DNA of 64,000 nt from Candidatus Obscuribacterales bacterium (GTDB lineage: Bacteria; Cyanobacteriota; Vampirovibrionia; Obscuribacterales; Obscuribacteraceae). The position numbers and the translations under genes are program-made. The notes under the pieces were generated by a model. That model was not told the origin of the DNA and made no database searches. It saw only the letters and a program-made list of their open reading frames with translations. Of the stretch, positions 29,758-39,475 are shown piece by piece (the stretch's first letter is position 1; each line of letters starts with the position of its first letter). Where the stretch lies: assembly GCA_965228855.1 (NCBI GenBank), contig CBDDIJ010000005.1, forward strand, positions 1,574,443 to 1,638,442. Direction: 5' to 3'.

Positions 29758-30483
29758 ATGAGCAAAGAACAGAACGAACGCACCGCCCAAGAGCGCTGCT
29801 ATCTCCGGGAGGCCTTCTTCGCCTTCTTCTTCGTCGCCGTGGTCGAATGGATCTGGCCGAACGCCACGCCCTTCACATTCTGGGGATTCTGGAAAACCTC
29901 CGGCACCACCTGGGACTGGATCTACGCCGCCTGGCCGATCTTCGCGTGGGGCGCAGGCGTCACCGCCTGGAGCGTCTTCCGAACCTACAACAGCCGTGAG
30001 GACAATCGCCTCGCCGAACGCGTGATCGCAGGCGGCTTCCTGATCAGCCTCTGGGCTGGCGTCATGGAAGAAATCTGCTTCCGCTGGTTGATCTTCCTCA
30101 ACGCCATCATCGGCGCCCTGATCGTCAACTTCCTGTTCTTCGGCTTCCTCGGCTTCGGCATCACTGAGTTTCTGACGGTTCACATCGTCGCTCCGATCGC
30201 CGACTTCTTCACGTTCGGCGCTCTGCATCAGTATCTCGGCAATCCCGAATACTGGACGGTCGCTGCCGGCATCATCTCCGCCAACGCCTTCTTCCGGGAC
30301 GGTCACAAGTACCAGGGACTGCTGGGCTGGGTCAACAGCTGGTTCCTCGGCATGTTCTTCTTCTACATGATGTTCACTTACGGCTTGCCTGCGGCAATCC
30401 TCGTGCACTTCCTGTATGACCTGCTGATCTTCTCGGTGGTCTACATCGATCGCGTCATCGAGCGCGCGCAGGGGCGCATCTAG
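29758..30483 (+). CDS. CPBP (CAAX/Abi) family intramembrane glutamic endopeptidase
   Basis: GVMEEICFR (EExxxR), FFRDGHKY, AILVHFLYD (HxxxD); multiple TM helices. Confidence 0.85.
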   Translation: MSKEQNERTAQERCYLREAFFAFFFVAVVEWIWPNATPFTFWGFWKTSGTTWDWIYAAWPIFAWGAGVTAWSVFRTYNSREDNRLAERVIAGGFLISLWAGVMEEICFRWLIFLNAIIGALIVNFLFFGFLGFGITEFLTVHIVAPIADFFTFGALHQYLGNPEYWTVAAGIISANAFFRDGHKYQGLLGWVNSWFLGMFFFYMMFTYGLPAAILVHFLYDLLIFSVVYIDRVIERAQGRI

Positions 30484-30521
30484 TCGTCGGCGAACCGCGC
30501 CTTCAGCGAGTCCCTGAATCC

Positions 30522-30928
30522 GCAATTCAGGAGCTCGAAACTCCGAGCCGGGCCTCCCGAACAGGCGGCTGCAAATTGGATTGCAGCTTTCCCCTCAAAA
30601 GCTGCAAACTAGTTTGCAGCCCCTGCAATTCAGGAGCTAAACACCCCTCTCCCGGCCTCCCGAACAGGCGGCTGCAAATTGGATTGCAGCTTTCCCCTCA
30701 AAAGCTGCAAACTAGTTTGCAGCCCCTGCAATTCAGGAGCTAAACACCCTACTCCGGGCCTCCCGAACAGGCGGCTGCAAATTGGATTGCAGCTTTCCCC
30801 TCAAAAGCTGCAAACTAGTTTGCAGCCCCTGCAATTCAGGAGCAAAACACCCTACTCCGGGCCTCCCGAACAGGCGGCTGCAAATTGGATTGCAGCTTTC
30901 CCCTCAAAAGCTGCAAACTAGTTTGCAG
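30522..30928. repeat. 103-bp near-identical tandem array x4, rich in palindromes
   Basis: gcaattcagg at 30522, 30625, 30728 and 30831; units contain the palindrome gctgcaaactagtttgcagc. Confidence 0.96.
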
Positions 30929-31194
30929 GGTCTGATGGCAAATCGCAAGGCAGGAACTCAGCACAAGACCTGAGCCGTTCCTGTCCTTGCGACCTTGGTT
31001 TATGTCTTTGATAAAATATAGTAGAACACTAACACGTCACTATGCCATCTAGTATAGCGATTGAACAAGAGCAGAACGGCAGCATAAGCCACCGTTCTGC
31101 AGAAAAACAGCCAGTCCCAGACCAGCCAGGAAGAAGCCCCCACGCCAGCAAACCAAACGGTTGTGGCGCGACTAGCACCTCCTCAAAACACGCA

Positions 31195-32580
31195 CTACAT
31201 CAGCAATCCGGCAAGCGCAGCCGTGAGCCACGAAGCCAGAGTCGCAGCGACCAGAGCGCGGATACCGAGCTTGGCGATGTCGCTTTGCCGTTCCGGAGCC
31301 ATTTTGCTGAGACCGCCGATGTTGATGCCGATCGAGCCGAGGTTGGCGAAACCGCAGAGCGCGATCGTGGTGATCATCTGCGTCCGCATGGAAAGCGCGC
31401 CTTCACCAGCCGACATCTTCGCGAGGTCCATGTAGGCGATGAATTCGTTGAGCACGGTTTTGGTGCCGAGCAAGGGACCGACGCGCACGGCTTCATCCCA
31501 GGGGATGCCCGTGAGCCAGGCGACCGGCGTGAACAGAACACCGAAGATGTCCTGAATCTTGAACGTGATGCCGAACATGCCGAGCACCACCACCGCCGAG
31601 ATGCCGAACAGCGCCACCGCCGGCCACACAGACTTCGGCGCAACGCTCACGAGAGCGGGCGTGCGAGCCAGAAGCCCTTGCCGGCGCAACAACCACATCG
31701 TGCCGAGCAACAGCGCGCCGCCGCCAGCCCAGGGCAGAAGCCCGGGACGCGCAACCAGAGCGCCGAGCAGGTAGTTGGCGAGCGACACGACGCCGATGAA
31801 GAAAATCAGCTGCGCCATGACATTCGCCGCTACCTTGAGCCCTTGCCAGGCACCTTCGGCGCCGGCTTCGACCCAGTTGACCGCGGTGCGTTCGTCCGTC
31901 AGGTCGGTTTCGCGCGTGAGCGCCTCGCTGTCGGTTTCGGGATACATCATCTTCGCGACCACCAGTGCCGACGGCGCCGTCATGAACGAAGCCATCAACA
32001 GCCAGGTCGGATTGATGCCGAGCCCGATGTACGCAACCAGCGCGCTGCCGGAGATGGTCGCCATCGCGGCGGCCATGATGCCGATCAGCTCGGAGTTGCT
32101 GAGCTTCTTGATGTAGTTGCGGATGAGCAGCTGCGATTCGACCTGCCCGAGGAAGATCTCGGCACCGGTCGAAAGCGCTTCCGCGCCGCTCACACCCATC
32201 GTCCGGCGAAGGGCGAAGGCAAGCCCACGCACGACGACCTGCAGCGCTCCGATGTGGAATGCGATGCCGGTCAAACCGCCGACGAAGATGATGGACGCCG
32301 AGATGACGAATGCGAAGACAAACTTGCTGCGCGCCAGCTCATCGCCGAGCACGAACGCCAGACCGTCTTTGGCACTGTCGAGAAGTCCCTGGATGCCCTG
32401 ACCGAAGCTGTCGAAAGCGTCGCGCACGAAGGGCACGTGCAGGATGAGAAACGCGAACATCAGCTGGATGCCGATGCCCACAACCGTCAGTCGCCAGTTG
32501 ATGGCGCGGCGGTTGTTGGAGAGGGCGTACGCGAGTCCGAGGAACACGGCGACGCCCAGAAGGCCTACTAATTTTTCCAT
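31195..32580 (-). CDS. Concentrative nucleoside transporter (NupC/CNT family)
   Basis: LSNNRRAINWR, IFLGQVES, MATISGS, KTVLNEFIAY, ALCGFANLGSIGINIGGL. Confidence 0.93.
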   Translation of the reverse strand: MEKLVGLLGVAVFLGLAYALSNNRRAINWRLTVVGIGIQLMFAFLILHVPFVRDAFDSFGQGIQGLLDSAKDGLAFVLGDELARSKFVFAFVISASIIFVGGLTGIAFHIGALQVVVRGLAFALRRTMGVSGAEALSTGAEIFLGQVESQLLIRNYIKKLSNSELIGIMAAAMATISGSALVAYIGLGINPTWLLMASFMTAPSALVVAKMMYPETDSEALTRETDLTDERTAVNWVEAGAEGAWQGLKVAANVMAQLIFFIGVVSLANYLLGALVARPGLLPWAGGGALLLGTMWLLRRQGLLARTPALVSVAPKSVWPAVALFGISAVVVLGMFGITFKIQDIFGVLFTPVAWLTGIPWDEAVRVGPLLGTKTVLNEFIAYMDLAKMSAGEGALSMRTQMITTIALCGFANLGSIGINIGGLSKMAPERQSDIAKLGIRALVAATLASWLTAALAGLLM

Positions 32581-32594
32581 TCGAGTCTCCTCAA

Positions 32595-32878
32595 AAGGCT
32601 CCCTGACACTCGCTAAGCCGAATGCTGGAAGCGGTTAGGAGAACCGCAAGTCAACAAAGATCCCGCAGGTAGTGCGGCGACGTCAGTCGGTGATAGCAGA
32701 AAGCGAGCCCGGTTCCACAGTCGCAGGACTGCGAAATCGACTCGCCCTTATCCCCCGCAGTGACAGAACGTCAGCCGCAGAAAACAGCCTGCTATCAGGA
32801 TCTTGGCAGTTTACGGTTCAAAAATGTCACGCGCTGCTCGCCGCCTGAACGGTGAGTGAGAATGGTTTTCGCGCGTGC
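32595..32878 (-). promoter_or_regulatory. Candidate structured leader RNA / riboswitch-like element upstream of the nucleoside transporter
   Basis: Closing stem AAGATCC/GGATCTT (32657-63/32798-804), 9-bp TGATAGCAG/CTGCTATCA and several internal hairpins; G-U pairs work only on the - strand. Confidence 0.55.
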
Positions 32879-33210
32879 AGTCTGGGGTTGGAGAAGTCTT
32901 GGTTACTTAGCCCAAGATGTCATGAAGTGAACACCATTGCCTAACAGAGAAGCTCTTGGCAAAGCAATTAAAGCCTAGTTAACTAACTCAACTCACGCGA
33001 AGAGAATCTCTGAGCGAAATCAGATAACGTCTCAAGAGCTTTGATTTGAGAGCTCTTCGCGCGATATTACACCAGCCTCATTTTGGGTCAAAACAGAAAC
33101 AGTGCTCGCGCGAGCACCGCTAGACCGCCGAAACGTTGTTCGCACTCGTGAAAACGTGAACCGCGCTGCGCTCCTGGGTATATAGTCCCAAGACGCAAAA
33201 GGGAAATCCA

Positions 33211-34512
33211 GTGGTCGAAAACAGACCCGGAATTGAATTCAAAAACAGCGGCGAGCAATCCGCTGCGGACAGAAGTGACCTCCATATCAATGGCCCCAGC
33301 AGCGCTCATCTGACCTCGCTCGAAATCCTCATGCCGGAGCAAACCAAGCCGGCCACGACAAATTCGCACATGCCGTTCATGCCCGATCGCACCACGGACA
33401 CCACGCTCGATCACACTACGGGCACTATGCCCGATCGCACCACGGGCACCACGCCCGACCGCACAAAACCCGCCGAGTATCTTCCGAACTCCAGGCCGTT
33501 CGACGAAAGCAAACGAACCGTCCTCGTTCTCGACGATTACCGCGAAACGGAGATGTTCATGCGCGGCGATAAAGGTTTTTCACACGGCGAGCTGAACGCA
33601 AGACTGACAGAAGAAAATGGTTTCAACGCAGTCAGGATGCAAGTTGGCTTCAACAAGCCGGGATATTTCGACATCGAGAATTCCCTGAAAAGTGTTAACG
33701 CCGGTATTGAGGACGGCTCCCTGCCTCTGGGCAACGGCGACATCATCAACATCAGCCTTGGTTTAAACAAAACATTCACAGAAGCATCAAAGGTCCTGGG
33801 CATCGACATCAACGCCGAGAACCTGCTGGAGAAACGCCCCGAGATCCTGCAGGCAATGCGCGAAAAGTCCGTCGACCACGACGTCCCGCGAAAGACACGC
33901 GACTGGCTGCGACAAATGGTCGGCATCAACGATCAGATAGAAGCGCTCCAGGAGCGCGGCATCATCGTTGCGACAGCCGAAGGCAATAAAGGTTCCGACA
34001 ACTTCAACCTCGGTCTACTCGCTGCAGATAAGCACTACTCCTCGCTCAACGCGGACGGAACGGTAGCCGATTACGCGGCGCATAACAGTTTGACAACAGA
34101 TGCTCAAGCCGAAATCAACTTCTACGCAAGACCGCTGGACCTTTTCGACCCCACGCCTTTCGAGCAACAAACCGGAACCTACAAACTCCAGGGCAGCAAC
34201 ATCAAGTTGCCGGCGACCGAATTCGGCGGCTTCATCGAAGAGCCAGCTCCAAACGGCGATCTGGCTACACAGATCATGTACGCACCGGCCAGCATATATG
34301 CCACCAATGACGGTGCAGCCGCCGTTTCGAACCCGACCGAAATACCTCTGCAGCCACTTCCAGACGACGATTCACGCACCCAGGGTTATCTGGCGTTTTC
34401 CGAACGCGGTTCATCCTTCGCCAACGCCTTCGGTATACCGGCAGACTTTTCCACTGAATCGCAGCGCGACAATTCAGATTCCCAGCGCGATAAGCCACGC
34501 TCGAAGAACTAG
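33211..34512 (+). CDS. Divergent subtilisin-like (S8) serine peptidase
   Basis: Motifs in subtilase order: VLVLDD (Asp), SHG (His), IINISLG, GIIVATAEGN (oxyanion Asn), GSSFA (Ser); 8-aa repeats at 33379-33465. Confidence 0.62.
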   Translation: MVENRPGIEFKNSGEQSAADRSDLHINGPSSAHLTSLEILMPEQTKPATTNSHMPFMPDRTTDTTLDHTTGTMPDRTTGTTPDRTKPAEYLPNSRPFDESKRTVLVLDDYRETEMFMRGDKGFSHGELNARLTEENGFNAVRMQVGFNKPGYFDIENSLKSVNAGIEDGSLPLGNGDIINISLGLNKTFTEASKVLGIDINAENLLEKRPEILQAMREKSVDHDVPRKTRDWLRQMVGINDQIEALQERGIIVATAEGNKGSDNFNLGLLAADKHYSSLNADGTVADYAAHNSLTTDAQAEINFYARPLDLFDPTPFEQQTGTYKLQGSNIKLPATEFGGFIEEPAPNGDLATQIMYAPASIYATNDGAAAVSNPTEIPLQPLPDDDSRTQGYLAFSERGSSFANAFGIPADFSTESQRDNSDSQRDKPRSKN

Positions 34513-34532
34513 AAGATTGAGCACCAACTAGC

Positions 34533-34678
34533 GAAACAGCGCGCTGGACGCGGCGTTGATTCATATCACTTTTGAGAGAAACAGCGCGCGGACGCGGCGT
34601 TAATTCACATCACTCTTGAGAGAAACAGCCCGCAGACGTGGCTAATTCACATCACTTGAGAGAAACCGCCCGCAGCCG
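34533..34678. repeat. 40-45-bp degenerate tandem repeat derived from the copA 3' end
   Basis: gaaacagc..g..gacg.gg..aattcacatcact(.)tgaga x3, plus a partial fourth copy inside the gene. Confidence 0.85.
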
Positions 34679-37069
34679 CAGCGCGTTTCCAATCACAGAC
34701 ACGGAACTCAAACTCATCGCCGCGCTTGCCACCATCGGGTTCAACAGGAAACCCGTCAACGGGTAGAGCAAACCCGCCGCAATCGGCACCGAGACCGTGT
34801 TGTAGAAGAACGCCAAAAACAGATTCTGCCGCACATTTTTCATCATCGCTGCGCTCAAATTGAACGCCTCGAGCACGCCGTTCAAATCGCTGCGGATCAA
34901 CACAACCGACGCGCTCTCAATTGCCACATCAATCCCGCTACCCATCGCAATCCCGACGTTAGCAGTACTGAGTGCCGGCGCATCATTCACTCCATCGCCA
35001 ACCATCGCGACCAACTTGTCGCCCTTCTGGAGCGCCTTCACGGCAGACTGTTTATCGCCGGGCAAAAGCTCCGAGCGAACCTCGTCTATGTTCAAAACGC
35101 GTGCAACCGCATCAGCTGTCGCCTTAGCATCGCCGGTCAATATTACCGTTTTGATGCCGCGCTCTTTCAGAACGCGAACAACATCGACCGCTTCTTTGCG
35201 CACCGGGTCCGCGATGCCTATGACACCTGCGAGCACACCACCAGACGCGACCGCAATCACAGTGCCTCCGCCTGCAGCCAACTTCTCGACGGTAGACTCT
35301 GCCGCCGCAAGTTCGATGCCATTCTCCTGAAGGAACTTCAAACTGCCGACGAAAACGAGCTTACCATCAACTGTCGCCTTCACGCCTTTTCCTGTGACAG
35401 CCTCAAAATCAACTGCGTCCCCCGGCAAAATCATGCGCTCCGCGGTTTCGTCTATGACAGCCTCAGCTAAAGGATGCTCGCTAAAACGCTCTACAGCAGC
35501 GCCGATTCCAAGAACCGCATTCGACTCGAATTCATTGAATGAAACCAAGTCAACGACCCGCGGTTTGCCCTCGGTCAAAGTTCCGGTTTTATCAAATATC
35601 ACCGTATCGACCTTTTCGAGAGCCTGCAGCGCCTCGGCGTTGCGAATCAGCACTCCGGACTCGGCACCACGGCCGATGGCAACCGTCACCGACATGGGCG
35701 TGGCAAGACCCAGGGCGCATGGGCACGCGATAATCAAAACAGCCACCGCGTTCGCAAGTCCAAGAGCAAGAGCCGGCGCCGGTCCGACTGTCGCCCAGAT
35801 CGCAAAAGTTAGCACGGCAACAGTCAAAACAGCCGGCACGAAATACCCCGCCACCACATCAGCGGTCGCCTGAATCGGCGCTCTGCTCCTCTGCGCCTCA
35901 CTGACCATTCGCACGATATGCGCAAGCATCGTATCGCTGCCGACCTTGCGCGCAATCATTACGAAAGAACCGCTTTTGTTCAGTGTTCCAGCCGAGACGC
36001 CGTCACCGCGCCGTTTCGACACAGGCATGGGTTCGCCTGTCAACATCGACTCGTCAACGGAACTTTCGCCGTCGGCGACATCTCCGTCGACTGGTATTTT
36101 CTCACCGGGCTTCACACGCAGTTTATCGCCGACCTTGACGAGCTCAAGGTTGACATCACGCTCCTCACCGGCAGCAACCAGATGCGCAGTCGGCGGCGTC
36201 AGTGACAACAATCCACGAACAGCCGCTCCCGTTGCGCTCCTGGCGCGTAACTCCAAAACCTGACCGAGCAACACCAGCGAAATAATCACCGCCGCAGACT
36301 CGAAGTAAACGAACGGATGACCGCTCGCCATCTTGAACGACGCCGGCAACAAATTCGGCACAACAGTCGCAAAAACACTGTAACCAAACGCCGCTCCGAC
36401 ACCAATCGAGATCAGCGAGAACATATTCAATTTACCGGTTCTAAAACTCTGCCATCCCCGTTGAAAAAACGGCATGCCACAGATCGCCACCACAGGCAGT
36501 GCAAGCGCTAATTGTATCCAGTTAAAAATCCAGGTCTTGTGAAGGTCGGCAGAGATGGTTTTCGGCAGCATCTCAATCATTGCCAGCACAAACAACGGCA
36601 CGCTAAAGATAAGGCTCAAATAGAGCTTCTTCTGCATGTCCTCGAGTTCCGGATTCTCATCACTGGCGGCAAACGGATCCATCGGCTCAAGCGCCATGCC
36701 GCAATCCGGACAGGTCGAGAAAGTATCCGACACGACCTCCGGATGCATAGGACAGGTGTACTTACCGGTGTAGCCGGCAGGTGCGTGGTTGGCACCACCG
36801 GCGCCACCACAACAAGAATCGCCGCTCGCGCCACCACTCAAATACTTCGCCGGCTCCGCACGAAACTTCTCATGACAGCGCGGATTGCAAAAATAATAGG
36901 TTTCACCCTCGTAGGTCATGGACCCCGCAGCCTGCTCGGGTTTAACCTTCATGCCGCACACGGGATCAAAGCCGACAGGCGTTTCCGCCCCAGCCACTAA
37001 ACCGTGGTCACTCGACGACACGGGCTCGGACCCGCGACTCGTCGAGGCTGTTTCTTTAGGCTGACTCAT
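34652..37069 (-). CDS. copA: Cu+/Ag+-exporting P1B-type ATPase with YHS and heavy-metal-binding domains
   Basis: DPVCGM..YYFC..C (YHS), [45 protein letters not shown]; start ATG 37069. Confidence 0.95.
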   Translation of the reverse strand: MSQPKETASTSRGSEPVSSSDHGLVAGAETPVGFDPVCGMKVKPEQAAGSMTYEGETYYFCNPRCHEKFRAEPAKYLSGGASGDSCCGGAGGANHAPAGYTGKYTCPMHPEVVSDTFSTCPDCGMALEPMDPFAASDENPELEDMQKKLYLSLIFSVPLFVLAMIEMLPKTISADLHKTWIFNWIQLALALPVVAICGMPFFQRGWQSFRTGKLNMFSLISIGVGAAFGYSVFATVVPNLLPASFKMASGHPFVYFESAAVIISLVLLGQVLELRARSATGAAVRGLLSLTPPTAHLVAAGEERDVNLELVKVGDKLRVKPGEKIPVDGDVADGESSVDESMLTGEPMPVSKRRGDGVSAGTLNKSGSFVMIARKVGSDTMLAHIVRMVSEAQRSRAPIQATADVVAGYFVPAVLTVAVLTFAIWATVGPAPALALGLANAVAVLIIACPCALGLATPMSVTVAIGRGAESGVLIRNAEALQALEKVDTVIFDKTGTLTEGKPRVVDLVSFNEFESNAVLGIGAAVERFSEHPLAEAVIDETAERMILPGDAVDFEAVTGKGVKATVDGKLVFVGSLKFLQENGIELAAAESTVEKLAAGGGTVIAVASGGVLAGVIGIADPVRKEAVDVVRVLKERGIKTVILTGDAKATADAVARVLNIDEVRSELLPGDKQSAVKALQKGDKLVAMVGDGVNDAPALSTANVGIAMGSGIDVAIESASVVLIRSDLNGVLEAFNLSAAMMKNVRQNLFLAFFYNTVSVPIAAGLLYPLTGFLLNPMVASAAMSLSSVSVIGNALRLRAVSLK

Positions 37070-37171
37070 AGTTTCCTGGCGTCGAATCCACCACCGTTGC
37101 CAGGCAGCCCGAAAGCCGAGCTTGTGGCATACTTGGTGAAGTTCATCATAATATCCAGCGAGAGATGTTTC

Positions 37172-39004
37172 ATGCTTGAGACGCCGCGCGATCACAAAAA
37201 GTTTCCTAAAGCCGTCAAAGTATTGGCAGCCGTGCTCGCGACACTCAATTACACAACCCTGTCGCTCTCCGCGCAAGAACCGGCATCCACAGACGTTTCG
37301 CCCGGCTCTAGATTAGAAACACCCGCGCCACAGGCGCAGACTCCAACTTCTCCATCCGTAGATTCCGACGAGCAATCCTCTGACACAGCGGCGCATCCGA
37401 CTGTTTCACCCGGCTCAAATAATTTCGCCGACATCCTCACGCCCAAAACCTCGGAGATGTTCGCGAGCCGAGGAGCCGTGCGTTCGCGCGTCGGCGACCT
37501 CAAGGGCGCGCGCGAAGACTTCGACAGAGCCATCGAGCTAGACGACAAAAACACCGACGCCTACTGCGGACGTGGCTATCTAAAACTCTACCTGGGCGAA
37601 ACCAAATCCGCCGCCGCCGACTTCGAAAAAGCGATCCAAACTGATCCCGCAAAAACCGACGCCTACTGCGGCCGCGGACAGGCACGCTCCGACCTGGGCG
37701 ACGAAACGGGCGCCTCCGCCGACTTCGATTACGCCATAAAGCTCGACCCGAAAAACGCCCCCTCCTACATTTTTCGAGGTTACCACCTGGGGCGCTACGG
37801 CGAAACCTGGCAAGCCATCGCCGATTACGACAAAACCATCCAGCTAGACCCAACCAACGCACTCGCCTACTCATACCGCGCATCCGCGCGTGGAGCGGTT
37901 AAAGACCACAAAGGCGCAATTGCCGACCTCAGCAAAGTTTTGAAATTCGATCCAAAGTACGCGTGGGCGTACTACTGGCGCGGTTATCGACGCAACGAAA
38001 TCGGCGACCGCCGCGGCGCAATCGCCGACTACAATCACTACATCAATTTAAAACCCGATGATGCCTGGGGTTTCCGCGGACGCGGTTTCGTAAAACAAGT
38101 TTCCGGCAACCTGAACGGCGCTATCGCCGATTACACAAAAGCTATAGCGCTGGACCCGAAAGACACATGGACATTCAGCGCACGCGGTTTCGTTCGACAG
38201 AAACTCGGCAACACCCGAGGCTCCATAGCCGATTACAAACACGCCGCAAAACTCGAAAAGCTTGCGAAGATCGCCACCAAAAGCGCCGAGGCGAAACCTA
38301 CTACAGCAAATCAAACAACCGACGCAAACACACCTACTTCCGAAAGTCCCAGCGATCCAATATGCGAATTGATCACAGACGCTGATGTTTACTCATTCGC
38401 GCAAAACACTCTCGCAAAAGCGCAAGAAGAATTCGGAAAGCCCATCACCGAAATCAAACAGCTCCTGATCTTCCGACGCCCCGGCGACCACTGCCAGACA
38501 GTAATGTGGGACGGCGACAAAGGCATCTTCTGCATCTTCATGGCAAACAAAGTCGGCGACAGCTACTTCCAGGGCAACCTCGGTCACGAACTCGTTCACT
38601 TGCTCAACGCCAAGCTCTGCGATCCATACATCGAAGGCTTGTGCACCGTATTTGGTGAAAACACAATCGCCGAAGAAGATCCAAAGCGATCAAAATACCG
38701 TGAACTCGTTCTCGCCACGCCGTTTTACGCCGAGACGTATCTAATGATGAAAGAGCTGAAATCCAAAATCACGCCAGCCAGTTTCAATTCAGTGATGAAC
38801 TACGCCGCCTACGATCCCGCGAAACAATGGATGCACATCGAAACCGACAACTGGCTAAAGTCAATGCCGGCGCTTGATTCGGCAGAGACAGCGAAGATCG
38901 TTTCTGTCTACACCGACAAAATCAAACTCACCATGCCGCAAGACGGCACCTACATTTTCAAACCGCCAACCGCAGGATTGAGAACGCTTCCCCGGCAGCA
39001 TTGA
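37172..39004 (+). CDS. Exported TPR-array protein with C-terminal HExxH metallopeptidase-like domain
   Basis: Signal-like segment; about 8 TPRs (AY..RG....GD..GA.ADYD.AI.LDP); LGHELVHLL followed by YIEGLC. Confidence 0.82.
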   Translation: MLETPRDHKKFPKAVKVLAAVLATLNYTTLSLSAQEPASTDVSPGSRLETPAPQAQTPTSPSVDSDEQSSDTAAHPTVSPGSNNFADILTPKTSEMFASRGAVRSRVGDLKGAREDFDRAIELDDKNTDAYCGRGYLKLYLGETKSAAADFEKAIQTDPAKTDAYCGRGQARSDLGDETGASADFDYAIKLDPKNAPSYIFRGYHLGRYGETWQAIADYDKTIQLDPTNALAYSYRASARGAVKDHKGAIADLSKVLKFDPKYAWAYYWRGYRRNEIGDRRGAIADYNHYINLKPDDAWGFRGRGFVKQVSGNLNGAIADYTKAIALDPKDTWTFSARGFVRQKLGNTRGSIADYKHAAKLEKLAKIATKSAEAKPTTANQTTDANTPTSESPSDPICELITDADVYSFAQNTLAKAQEEFGKPITEIKQLLIFRRPGDHCQTVMWDGDKGIFCIFMANKVGDSYFQGNLGHELVHLLNAKLCDPYIEGLCTVFGENTIAEEDPKRSKYRELVLATPFYAETYLMMKELKSKITPASFNSVMNYAAYDPAKQWMHIETDNWLKSMPALDSAETAKIVSVYTDKIKLTMPQDGTYIFKPPTAGLRTLPRQH

Positions 39005-39183
39005 CCTGAAGCACTGCGGTCTGTTCTCTCAGAGTCCGGGAGGACAACGCAACATGGCTGTACAGTCAATGCATTAGATATTTTGTCCAATATTAGTCAT
39101 TACATAGAATATTAAGCAGTGTTATGATATCTATTGTGTAAAATAATCGGCCCTGCAATAGTTAATGGAACAACTAATTGATC

Positions 39184-39474
39184 ATGGAAAGCTTATACGA
39201 AACTCTGCGGAAGGCTAGGCTCGCCAAAGGGCTAACTCAAGCTCAGCTGGCTGATTTATTGCAGGTCGGACAGAGTTACTTGTCACAGGTTGAACGTGGC
39301 ACGCATGACATAAAGAGCAGCACTCTAATCGAATGGGCACGAGTCTTAGATCTAGAGATCATGTTGGTTCCACGGAAACACGTGCCAGCAGTTTCTTATC
39401 TCATTCGCTCAGATAAATCGCCGCAACCTGAAGAGTTGCCCTCGGCATATGGTCCTCTACCGGATGAGGTCTAA
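39184..39474 (+). CDS. hipB: XRE-family HTH antitoxin (HipB-like)
   Basis: LRKARLAKGLTQAQLADLLQVGQSYLSQVERG; 1 bp upstream of hipA. Confidence 0.88.
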   Translation: MESLYETLRKARLAKGLTQAQLADLLQVGQSYLSQVERGTHDIKSSTLIEWARVLDLEIMLVPRKHVPAVSYLIRSDKSPQPEELPSAYGPLPDEV

Positions 39475-39475
39475 A

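Noticed and set aside
30522..30928. CRISPR array or coding repeat
   Set aside because: Units are near-identical with no unique spacers; the 103-bp period is not a multiple of 3, so the short ORFs are by-products.
32805..32880. Purine riboswitch (ACCGUAAA present on the - strand)
   Set aside because: The UUCUAC junction and P2/P3 arrangement are absent; kept only as an unclassified structured leader.
37070..37276. Long N-terminal extensions of copA and the TPR gene given by the ORF track
   Set aside because: They would overlap head-to-head; downstream ATGs (37069 and 37172) give a normal divergent layout.
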